Shown: in pieces, positions 46,561-55,279 of the stretch
How the letters are laid out: each line of letters starts with the position of its first letter
How positions within the stretch are numbered: the stretch's first letter is position 1
Assembly: GCA_963674705.1 (NCBI GenBank)
Contig: OY771506.1
Coordinates: 3,072,001 to 3,136,000, forward strand
Origin: Phycisphaeraceae bacterium
GTDB taxonomy: Bacteria; Planctomycetota; Phycisphaerae; Phycisphaerales; Phycisphaeraceae
Direction of reading: 5' to 3'
DNA: 64,000 nt
Made by a program: the position numbers and the translations under genes
Notes under the pieces: generated by a model
Told to the model about the DNA's origin: nothing
The model's database searches: none
The model's input: only the letters and a program-made list of their open reading frames with translations

Positions 46561-48078
46561 ATGAGTAGGTTTTCGCATGGTTCCGCTGCGTCTGCTCGTC
46601 TATGTGGTTTAATCCTCGCGATCTGCACCGGTGCTGCCGGGGCAACCGTCAGCCTCGACATCGACTTCGACAGCGGTTCACTCGACCTCGCTGCGACCAC
46701 TATTTCATCCAGCGGTAACACCATCAATCTTGTCGGCAGGGATAACTATTATGGCGGCGGCCAGTGGCGCTGGTTCTACTTCCGCGCTTCGGGGATCGAT
46801 GGCAAGACACCTTTATTTAACATCAGTGATGACTTCGCCGGCGGCGCATACACCTTGCCTTACCACGCGATGTGCTACAGCTACGACAATGAAACCTGGT
46901 ACGAATTCGACAACAACTACCTGACATCTTCTTCCTGGCGTTTTCAGAACGATTCACCATTCACGCAGGACGAGGTCTACGTCGCCTATAGCTTCCCGTA
47001 TCCCTATTCGCGCACGGCAGACAAGGTGGCGCAATGGAAGCTCAATCCGTACGTCAGCCCCACTATCAGCTCGAACGCCGATCTCGTGATCGGCCAATCA
47101 CCCGGTGGGGTGGATGACCTTGGCCGAACCATCGCTCCCCGAGATATGTGGGCGTTCAAGATCACAGATGACTCGGTATCCAGCAGCGGCAAGACAAAGA
47201 TCGTCTTAGACGCGTCTATGCATGCCGGTGAAGTCCTTTCTAACTGGACTTTGGAAGGCACGGTCGAGTTCCTGATCAGTGATGATCCCCGTGCGATCGA
47301 GTTACGCAAACACGCCGAGTTTTTTGTCTATCCACAGATCAATCCCGACGGGCGATACGCCGGCAACAACCGTTCAACCATCAACAATCCTAATGTCGAT
47401 CCAAACGGATACTGGAAGCCGTACAAATGGACCGATAAACCCGATCTGCAACTCACCGGCGAAGCCATGCTCGCCGACCTGCAGATCGATTCCGGCGGCA
47501 GCGCCGACTACTTCATCGACTACCACTCTTCGATCTGGGACCCTATCGGTGACGACTGGATGTACCTTCACGAGCAACTCGGTCATGTCGATGATCCATT
47601 CTGGCAACGATTAACAGGCCTGGCCCCCGAGCTTGAATGGGCGCAGTCCGGCGGGATCAACAGCTCCACACTCGCCGCTTTCGGCCGCGACTATCTCGGC
47701 GCTCACTTCGATGCGACTTTCGAGACCATGTTCCTTTCGGGACGAAACATCGATCATTACACCACGCTAGGTGAAAACGTCGGGATCGCTTTCTACGAAG
47801 CGCTCGCCCGACTCCAAGGCGACGTCAACGCCGACGGCTTCGTAGGTTTGGCAGACCTAGACATTCTTTTGAATAATTGGAACCAAGCCGTCCCACTGGG
47901 CAGCATCGATCACGGCGACCTGGCCGGTGACGGTGACGGCTACATTGGCCTGTCCGACCTTGATGTCATCCTGAACAACTGGAATGCAGGCTCCCTGCCA
48001 ATGGCGATTGCCATACCGGAACCCGCTGCATTAAGTGTGTTCATAATCGGTACTGGTTTACTCACCAAACGCCGTTGA
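46561..48078 (+). CDS. M14 zinc carboxypeptidase-like protein with dockerin-like module and PEP-CTERM
   Basis: DFDSGSL, WFYFR, HAGE (HxxE), NPDG and DYHS motifs; IPEP tail. Confidence 0.88.
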   Translation: MSRFSHGSAASARLCGLILAICTGAAGATVSLDIDFDSGSLDLAATTISSSGNTINLVGRDNYYGGGQWRWFYFRASGIDGKTPLFNISDDFAGGAYTLPYHAMCYSYDNETWYEFDNNYLTSSSWRFQNDSPFTQDEVYVAYSFPYPYSRTADKVAQWKLNPYVSPTISSNADLVIGQSPGGVDDLGRTIAPRDMWAFKITDDSVSSSGKTKIVLDASMHAGEVLSNWTLEGTVEFLISDDPRAIELRKHAEFFVYPQINPDGRYAGNNRSTINNPNVDPNGYWKPYKWTDKPDLQLTGEAMLADLQIDSGGSADYFIDYHSSIWDPIGDDWMYLHEQLGHVDDPFWQRLTGLAPELEWAQSGGINSSTLAAFGRDYLGAHFDATFETMFLSGRNIDHYTTLGENVGIAFYEALARLQGDVNADGFVGLADLDILLNNWNQAVPLGSIDHGDLAGDGDGYIGLSDLDVILNNWNAGSLPMAIAIPEPAALSVFIIGTGLLTKRR

Positions 48079-48156
48079 TTAGCACATAACCCACCAACAC
48101 ATAGCCCGACCATCCTGGTCGGGTCTTGATCCTATTTGGCATCCATCACCGTCAAA

Positions 48157-48199
48157 TAAAAACCGCCCTTCTCCCGATTTGAATTCGAGAGAAGGGCGG
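48157..48199 (-). terminator. Intrinsic terminator of the PstS-like gene
   Basis: CCGCCCTTCTC...GAGAAGGGCGG stem with an A-run on its left. Confidence 0.75.
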
Positions 48200-48298
48200 C
48201 GGGGTATATGCCACGTGGAATCGGCGTCAGGCCAGTTTATCTTTCTCCCATGTGCTCCTTGATCCGTATTCCACGTTTAAATAAGCCTGCCTGTCGGT

Positions 48299-50965
48299 TC
48301 AGCGACGCTTGAGGATCGCCACGCCACCGAGGCTCAGCAGCGCGAGGCTGGCCGGTTCGGGGATGGCGTTATTGCTGGCGGAGGTCGGCGGGGTGCCGGC
48401 GTTCCAGTTGTTCAGCACGATGTCCAGGTCGTCCAGGCCGACAAAGCCGTCACCCGAGGGATCGGCAGCCGGATCGGCCGGGGGCACGTTCTGGTTCCAG
48501 ACACCAAGGATGATGTCCAGGTCATCCAGGCCGACGAAGCCGTCGCCGTTCAGGTCGCCCGGGAGGCCGCCGAAGTATGCCTGGTCCAATGCGTCGGTGA
48601 TGCCGTCGCCGTTGAAGTCGCCGCCGGCCCAGCCCAGGCCGCTCAGGCCCAGGTTCGTGGTCACGATGCCTTCGTCGGTCGTGTCAACCACGCCGTCGAG
48701 GTTGGCGTCGCCGTAGGCGGTTTCCAGAACCGTCTCGATAACCCAGTCAACATCGTCCTGACCGACGACCAGGTTGCCGTTCATGTCCGCGCTCAGGTCC
48801 ATGTAAACAGCCTGGTCGAGGATCGAGAAGTCACCGAAGTTGGCGTAGACATAGTCGATGTCCATCGCGTCAACGATGCCGTCGCTGCCGGTCGGCTTAC
48901 CGCCCATGCTCACGGCGTTGCCGGCGATGTCAGCAGCGCTGTCACCGGCGTCATAGGTGCCGTTGGCCAGCGTCGTGCCGAAGAAGTTCGCGCCGTACTC
49001 GGTGTCGACTGCTTCGAAAGCGGCGCCGCGGTTGAGCTTGCCGCCGTCGATATACAAACCGTCGGCGAAGTAACGGACGTCGTCTTCGTTGAAGTTACCG
49101 TCGCCGTTGAAGTCGCCGATGATTTCGACAACCAGCCCTGTGCCGGTTTCGGGCTGAGCGACCGAACTCGGCGAAGCGCCGAGGCCGCGATAGTTGGCCC
49201 ATGCCATCATCTTGGCAACGTCAGCGGTCGAGCGAGCGCCGTCATTGTTGAAGTCGCCGGCGATGTGGTTGCGGGCCGACAGGCCGCTGGCGCCATAACT
49301 CACGGCGTTGCCGTCAACGTCTAAGTATTCGTCGTTGATGTTGCCGTCGGTGTAAGTGATGCCGCTGGTGCGTGTGGGGACACGGCCGGCGCCGACGCTG
49401 CCGGTCGCATCAACACTGCCAAGCGTGGAACTCAGGGCGCTGAGGCTGGCCGAGTTCACGTTCGCGTTGTACACAGGATTGGTCTGGCTGAAGTCGATGC
49501 CGTCGACAGCGATACGCTCGATGGCAGCTGTCAGGGTGTAGTTGCTGACCAGCAGTTCACCGGGCGAGCCCTGGTTGTTCGGGTCACCGGGCAGGCTGAC
49601 GAAGTTAGCGATCGAATCCACAATGTTGTTGATGTAACTGGCGGCGGTGTCGTTCGCCATCTTAGGATTGGTGGTGTACAGCGGGTCGCTGGGGTCGCGG
49701 CTGGCGTTTGGATCGCCTACGGTCGCGAACGTTTCCGAACCACCGACCTGCCAGCCATCGTTTACATCAGCGTTGTTGATGATGTTGTCGGCACTGGGGC
49801 GGACATAGGTGTTGCCGTCCGGATTGCCGTCGCCGTCACCATCGATGTCCTTCATGACGTTAAGCAGTTCGTACTTGCCGCCTTCCATATCGGCGATAGC
49901 GCGGCTGCCACCGAGTAGACCCGTGTAACCCACAGCAAGACGACCGTTCTGGACGGTACCTTCCATGCGGGAAGAGCCGCCGAGCGCGTCGGTTGTGTAG
50001 TCCGGACCGAGGATGTCATTGACATCCGAGTCGGTCTTGGCGCTCTGGTTGTCGCCGCGGCCGAAGGAGGGATCGACGCCGATGGAGTTCATCGCACCGT
50101 TACGCGTACCCGAGCCCGAGTCACGGGTCGAGGCCTGCAGGTTTTCACCATTAGGCATACGGCCGGTAACGAACAAGTGCTGAAGCTCGGTCATCTTGAC
50201 ATCTTCCAGGCCGGTGCCGGGGTTGGCGATGAAACCGATGGGCACCCAGGCGATAGTTGTGTCGTAGACGGTGTGGTCGTCCGGTGAAGCCATGTTGGTG
50301 TTCAGGGGCGTGGAGGTGACGCCATCATCCAGGCTCTTGAGCGTGTTGCCCTGGCCGGTTGTGGTTTTCAGAGAGTTGGTGCCATAGGAGGCATCACCCG
50401 GGCGGGCACTCCAGGAGGCAGCAGTAGCCGTCGGGTTGGCTACGAACCAACTGGTCGGGACGTCCATAACGCCGATGTCGATGGAGGTCTGGACGACGGG
50501 TGAACCACCGGGGTTCGAGGCGTTGCCGACACCGGGGACAATCGCGCCGGTCTGGTCAACGTAAGCAACTTGGTTGATGATGCCGCCTTCAGCCGCGAGG
50601 CTGGTGGGCAAGCCACCGGTGCGGCTGTCGAGACGAGCCAGCTGGTAGTTACGCATTTCCGCCAGGCCGTTACCCGAGCCGACGCCACGGTAGTTGAAGG
50701 TGTAGAACGTGCTGGAGAATGCGGCGGTGCCGTATTCCTTAGCGAGCTGCGGCGGGGGAAAGGTACCGAGTGAGCCGGCCAACCCATCACCGTCGACATC
50801 GATGTAGTCGTTGGTGGAAGCGGCGAAGGTGAAGAAGTCATAGAACAGGGTCGCGCCTGAGACGTTGACCTGGCCGGAAGGGTACTGGGCGTTCGCCTGA
50901 CCCGTCAGTGCCAAGGCCGCCGTGCATGTCAGCGCCGTAGCGAGAAGATGCCGAGTGGAAAACAT
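48299..50965 (-). CDS. PEP-CTERM surface protein with PstS/PBP2-like N-terminal domain and multiple dockerin-like repeats
   Basis: NVSGAT, YRGVGSGNG, IAWVPIGFIAN, TRDSGSGT and RLAVGY motifs; several GDFN.DG repeats; IPEP tail. Confidence 0.8.
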   Translation of the reverse strand: MFSTRHLLATALTCTAALALTGQANAQYPSGQVNVSGATLFYDFFTFAASTNDYIDVDGDGLAGSLGTFPPPQLAKEYGTAAFSSTFYTFNYRGVGSGNGLAEMRNYQLARLDSRTGGLPTSLAAEGGIINQVAYVDQTGAIVPGVGNASNPGGSPVVQTSIDIGVMDVPTSWFVANPTATAASWSARPGDASYGTNSLKTTTGQGNTLKSLDDGVTSTPLNTNMASPDDHTVYDTTIAWVPIGFIANPGTGLEDVKMTELQHLFVTGRMPNGENLQASTRDSGSGTRNGAMNSIGVDPSFGRGDNQSAKTDSDVNDILGPDYTTDALGGSSRMEGTVQNGRLAVGYTGLLGGSRAIADMEGGKYELLNVMKDIDGDGDGNPDGNTYVRPSADNIINNADVNDGWQVGGSETFATVGDPNASRDPSDPLYTTNPKMANDTAASYINNIVDSIANFVSLPGDPNNQGSPGELLVSNYTLTAAIERIAVDGIDFSQTNPVYNANVNSASLSALSSTLGSVDATGSVGAGRVPTRTSGITYTDGNINDEYLDVDGNAVSYGASGLSARNHIAGDFNNDGARSTADVAKMMAWANYRGLGASPSSVAQPETGTGLVVEIIGDFNGDGNFNEDDVRYFADGLYIDGGKLNRGAAFEAVDTEYGANFFGTTLANGTYDAGDSAADIAGNAVSMGGKPTGSDGIVDAMDIDYVYANFGDFSILDQAVYMDLSADMNGNLVVGQDDVDWVIETVLETAYGDANLDGVVDTTDEGIVTTNLGLSGLGWAGGDFNGDGITDALDQAYFGGLPGDLNGDGFVGLDDLDIILGVWNQNVPPADPAADPSGDGFVGLDDLDIVLNNWNAGTPPTSASNNAIPEPASLALLSLGGVAILKRR

Positions 50966-51135
50966 TATTAATCTCTCCTTTTCCTCGTTGAGTGGACCCG
51001 CACGTGCGAGTCCTGAAGTTAAGACGATGCTTGAAACGCTGGGCGCACATACCGCGCGGTACGATCAACGCCCGTCATCCTTCTCTCATTTGTGGGCGGT
51101 AAAAAACGCCGCCGGTACTGATTAGTGGTTAATGG

Positions 51136-52179
51136 TTATTCGTTGTAGTCATACACACCGGTATCGCCACCGGTCACGGAATACATCCGGTCTCCCCACT
51201 GACGATTCTGCATGGTCTCCAGGATCGACTCACGCTCGACGTGGCCGTCGGCGAAGAGGAAGTTGCCACTGCCTTCAGCACCCTTGCCGCCGCCACCGCC
51301 ACCGCTGTGGTGCCGGCCGACCGCGTTGATATTGGGACCGCCGCTGGAGATCTGAGAAAGCGCACCGGTGGTCTGTGCGAGCAGTGTGTCGTAATCCTGC
51401 AAACCGAATTCTTCACTGCCGATATTCGCCGGGTCGTAGAACCAGCGGCCGCGTCCATAATTGCTGTCCGGTTCCGTATGGGCAGCCAGACCGGACAAAC
51501 CACGCAACGCCACAATCGGGCGGTGACTCTTCGATACGGATTGATCGCGAATCAGGTGCGTGTTCTCGCTGTATTCCGCGGCAAGGATCGTCTTGCTGAC
51601 GTTGGTCACGTTGCCGACGTTCACCAGTTGGTTCTTACGAGCGGTCTGCGAGTTGAATTTGTTACGTGGGATTAGCGCCGAGTTGCCCGCATAGGCCATA
51701 CGTGACGCCTGCAGGTCCACCGGGCTGTTGGGCGCGTTTTGCCAGTCGTCTCGGTCCTCGCCGGGGTAGGTCCGTGGCATCCCGCCGTTTTCCATCGCCG
51801 GGCACTTGAATGCGTCGTCGCCACCATTCTGTCGGCTGTACACCATGAACGACCAGTGCATATAGCGGTTGTATGGATTGGTGTTGATCTGGTCGCTCCA
51901 CCGCCAGCCGCCGTTATCGTCGTACGGATACACATAACTCGGTGGCAGCAGGTCTTTGCCGTCCGCTGTGTAGCTCATCATCGCCTGTCCGACGCTGCGC
52001 TGATTGCCACCGCAGACGATCGCCTGCGCAGATCGCCTTGCTGCGCCTAGCGCCGGCAGCAGGATGCCGACCAGCAGGGCGATGATTGAAATCACCACCA
52101 GCAGTTCGATGAGCGTGAAGCCTTTTTTCCGGACATCCGTTTCCAAGGTGGAGCGTCTCCGTCGCATCGTCATAGCCAT
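51136..52179 (-). CDS. Prepilin-type N-terminal cleavage/methylation protein (DUF1559-like)
   Basis: [16 protein letters not shown] signal and C-terminal RH...NFLFADGHV. Confidence 0.92.
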   Translation of the reverse strand: MAMTMRRRRSTLETDVRKKGFTLIELLVVISIIALLVGILLPALGAARRSAQAIVCGGNQRSVGQAMMSYTADGKDLLPPSYVYPYDDNGGWRWSDQINTNPYNRYMHWSFMVYSRQNGGDDAFKCPAMENGGMPRTYPGEDRDDWQNAPNSPVDLQASRMAYAGNSALIPRNKFNSQTARKNQLVNVGNVTNVSKTILAAEYSENTHLIRDQSVSKSHRPIVALRGLSGLAAHTEPDSNYGRGRWFYDPANIGSEEFGLQDYDTLLAQTTGALSQISSGGPNINAVGRHHSGGGGGGKGAEGSGNFLFADGHVERESILETMQNRQWGDRMYSVTGGDTGVYDYNE

Positions 52180-52610
52180 ATACCCCTAACTGGTTGTTGC
52201 GTGACAATGGCAGCCGCGCTGCCGAATGAATGGCGCGTAGTAGAAGGGGTGCGTGTTAAGTGGGGATGTCTGGCGTGTTTGAGTTCAGTAAGAAATGCGT
52301 GAATAGCACTTATTACACCTATTATGTCGTTATAAATATAAACATATAAAATAAAATATGTTAGACATATGGATATTATCCTATCTTTCAGATTTTCATT
52401 TCAATAAAGCTATTACCAGCAAACTTATGCATGGAAATTAACATTGATGTGGATAACTCAATGCCGGCCCTTGGAATCAAGCCACGACGCATGCAGAAAA
52501 TCAGATAGATGTGCTCAGACAAGCAAGCAACTGGCAGACAAGTTCGCACTGGCCCGTCTTAGTGCATGTGAACAAACACGTCCGAGAATCAAGATTTGTG
52601 AACATAATTC

Positions 52611-52640
52611 TTGACCAATTCGAGGTATCAGGGTTAACAT
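52611..52640 (+). promoter_or_regulatory. Candidate sigma70 promoter of the pilM operon
   Basis: TTGACC-N18-TAACAT. Confidence 0.4.
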
Positions 52641-52915
52641 ACATTAGATGGATTGGCCATTCGTGACACTCGTCAGATGTGTAGCGTCTGGCCGCCCGGG
52701 TAGTGGGGGATTCCCGCTTTACCCCGGAAGCTGTTGATTCATCCCATTATTTACGACAGGTCCATCCGAACGGTCAACATGCAAGTAGACCACACGTCGC
52801 AGGGTTAGCCAAGATCGCGCTCCGACCCCCGGTTGTTATGCCATGGTCGGTGTTCCCAACCCACGTCGGCGATGTGCGTTAAGATGTTCGGCGTATCTAA
52901 CTGTGGAGGTCCGTC

Positions 52916-55279
52916 ATGGGACGAAAAAATGACAGTTGGGGCATCGAGGTCGGTGCCAATGCCATCAAAGCGGTACACCTGACAAGTACCGGCGGGTCAA
53001 AGGGTAAGGTTCAACTGGTGAGCCACGAGGTCATCCCCTTTAAGAGGGTCCTCACCACGCCCGACCTGAATGTTGATGAGGCAATCCAGGTCAATCTCGA
53101 TCAACTTCTGGCAGGTCACGACCTGAGCAAGAGCACGGTCGTCATCTCCGTGCCGGGGCACATGGCCTTTGCACGTTTCGCCAAGATGCCACCGGTCGAA
53201 CCTAAGAAGATCCCCGGCATGGTCATGTACGAGGCCAAGCAGCAGATCCCCTTCCCGATCGAGCAGGTCGAATGGGACTACCAGATCTTCCAGCAGGAAG
53301 ACCTGCCCGACGTCGAGGTCGGCATCTTCGCGATCACCAAAGAAAAGATCATGAATTACCTGAGCAACTACAACGCGGTCAACCTGCGTGTAGATGCGGT
53401 AACACTCTCGCCTTTGGCGGTATACAACGCCTTTGTTTACGACAACGCGGATGACCCACCGGACGAAGGCGTGATCTACATGGACATCGGCACGACAAGC
53501 ACCGACGTCATCATCGTCGAAGACGGCGGCATCTGGCTGCGAACTCTGCCTATCGGCGGCAACACCTTTACCGATGCGCTGGTCAAGGCATTCAAGCTCA
53601 GCTACCACAAGGCTGAAAAACTCAAGAAGGAAGCCGCCACCAGCAAGTACGCAAGGCAAATCTTCCAAGCGATGCGGCCGGTCTTCGCAGACCTGGTGCA
53701 GGAACTGCAACGCTCGCTCGGTTACTACCAGAGTCTGAACCGTGACGCGAACCTGTCCAAACTCGTCTGCGTCGGCTCGACCTTCAAGCTGCCCGGCCTG
53801 CAGAAGTTCCTCAAGCAGCAACTGTCGATGGATGTGGAACGCCCCGACAGCTTCAAGCGTATCTCCGTCGATGACAAACATGCCTCGGAATTTGCAGACC
53901 AGGCGGTCAATCTCGCCACGGCCTATGGCTTGGCGTTGCAAGGCCTCGGGCTCGAAACAGTCTCGGCGAACATCATGCCCTCGCATATCCTCAAGCAGCG
54001 GATGTGGAAGGCCAAGCAACCCTGGATCGGTACCGCGGCCGCTTGCTTTGTATTGATGGCCGGTATCGCCGGTGGTGTAGCCTATAAGACCGATGGGGAT
54101 TACGGAGAAGCGATCGCGGCTTCTGAGCCTGTCTTTAATCGTGTAGATAGAGAGGCAAACGCTCTGAAGCAGAAGTTCATGGAGATCGACACCAACTCCG
54201 ATCCAAGACAGCGCATCGAAAACCTGCGCAGCATCCTCCACGGCCGTGACATCTGGCCGATGCTGATCGAAGACATCACCAAGGCTACGCAAGCTCTTGA
54301 TCCACAGGGCCAGCAGGCCGTTACGCTGACCAACAACTACGAGCTTATCTCCAAGATCCCACGTAACGAGCGTAAACGCATCTATATCAACTCCATCACC
54401 AACGAGTACAAGCCCGGTGGTGAATCCGCCACCGAAGAAACGACGGACCCGATGCAGGGCGGCATGGGGGGGTACGGCGGTGAGATGGGTGGTTATGGTG
54501 GTGAGATGGGCGGTTATGGCGGCGAAATGGGCGGCTATGGCGGCGAGATGGGTGGCTACGGGATGGGTGGTGAGATGGGCGGCTACGGCATGGGCGGTGG
54601 CTACGGTATGGGTATGAATACCGGCGAAGTCGGCCAGACCTACACCATCGACGACTTCTTCGGGCCGGAAAAAACACGACCCAAGTTCATCATCACCATC
54701 CGAGGCACCACGCCCAACAGCCAAGGCTCACAGTTCCTCGAAGAAAACTTTGTCGGCTGGCTGAAAAAGAACGCTGACGATAAAAATCGACCCTACAAAT
54801 TCCTGCCTGAATCAATCGTGGTAACCAAGTTTGGCCAGGTGCAAGTCGCGACTCCGGACGGCGCTGCAGGCGGTTACGGCGGTGAAATGGGCGGTGGCAT
54901 GGCCGGGGCCTACGGCGGTGAAGCCGGCAACTACGCAGGCGCCAAGGCCGGTGGTTACGGTATGGGCGGTGAGATGGGCGGTTACGGCATGGGCGGCGAA
55001 ATGGGTGGCTACGGCGGCGGTTACGCTGGCGGGGTCGGCGCTACCAACCTCGCGATGCTGCTGCCTCAAAGGCCGCTTGCAGAAGAAGACATCTCAAAAG
55101 ACTATCAGTTTGAAGTCCAATTCGAGGTCGAACTGCGCAATCCCGAAGGCGAAAAGGCTGCGGAAGCAACCCCGCTCGACGGCGACATGCCCGGCGAAGA
55201 ACCGATGCCCGATGACGAGCAGCCCGGTCCCACGGCTGTCCTGCCTCGCTCTGATGAAAACGAAAGGGGCGCATCATGA
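52916..55279 (+). CDS. pilM: Type IV pilus assembly protein PilM fused to a PilN-like TM/periplasmic region
   Basis: WGIEVGANAIKAV, YEAKQQIPFP, WDYQ, MDIGT, ELQRSLGYY and AYGLALQG motifs, followed by ANIMP and a TM. Confidence 0.9.
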   Translation: MGRKNDSWGIEVGANAIKAVHLTSTGGSKGKVQLVSHEVIPFKRVLTTPDLNVDEAIQVNLDQLLAGHDLSKSTVVISVPGHMAFARFAKMPPVEPKKIPGMVMYEAKQQIPFPIEQVEWDYQIFQQEDLPDVEVGIFAITKEKIMNYLSNYNAVNLRVDAVTLSPLAVYNAFVYDNADDPPDEGVIYMDIGTTSTDVIIVEDGGIWLRTLPIGGNTFTDALVKAFKLSYHKAEKLKKEAATSKYARQIFQAMRPVFADLVQELQRSLGYYQSLNRDANLSKLVCVGSTFKLPGLQKFLKQQLSMDVERPDSFKRISVDDKHASEFADQAVNLATAYGLALQGLGLETVSANIMPSHILKQRMWKAKQPWIGTAAACFVLMAGIAGGVAYKTDGDYGEAIAASEPVFNRVDREANALKQKFMEIDTNSDPRQRIENLRSILHGRDIWPMLIEDITKATQALDPQGQQAVTLTNNYELISKIPRNERKRIYINSITNEYKPGGESATEETTDPMQGGMGGYGGEMGGYGGEMGGYGGEMGGYGGEMGGYGMGGEMGGYGMGGGYGMGMNTGEVGQTYTIDDFFGPEKTRPKFIITIRGTTPNSQGSQFLEENFVGWLKKNADDKNRPYKFLPESIVVTKFGQVQVATPDGAAGGYGGEMGGGMAGAYGGEAGNYAGAKAGGYGMGGEMGGYGMGGEMGGYGGGYAGGVGATNLAMLLPQRPLAEEDISKDYQFEVQFEVELRNPEGEKAAEATPLDGDMPGEEPMPDDEQPGPTAVLPRSDENERGAS
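54461..55030 (+). repeat. GGYGGEM / GGYGMGGEM coding tandem repeats in pilM (two blocks)
   Basis: Blocks at about 54461-54615 and 54870-55030. Confidence 0.85.

Noticed and set aside
52200..52460. Pho boxes upstream of the pilin/PstS-like operon
   Set aside because: The region is AT-rich but has no convincing 11-bp-periodic direct repeats.
54461..54615. Tandem repeats as a CRISPR array
   Set aside because: They are in-frame coding repeats with no unique spacers, and no cas genes are present.
52997..54724. 575-aa minus-strand ORF (and similar ones at 55105-56049, 57379-58617 and 61128-62063)
   Set aside because: Antisense shadows of strongly biased real genes.
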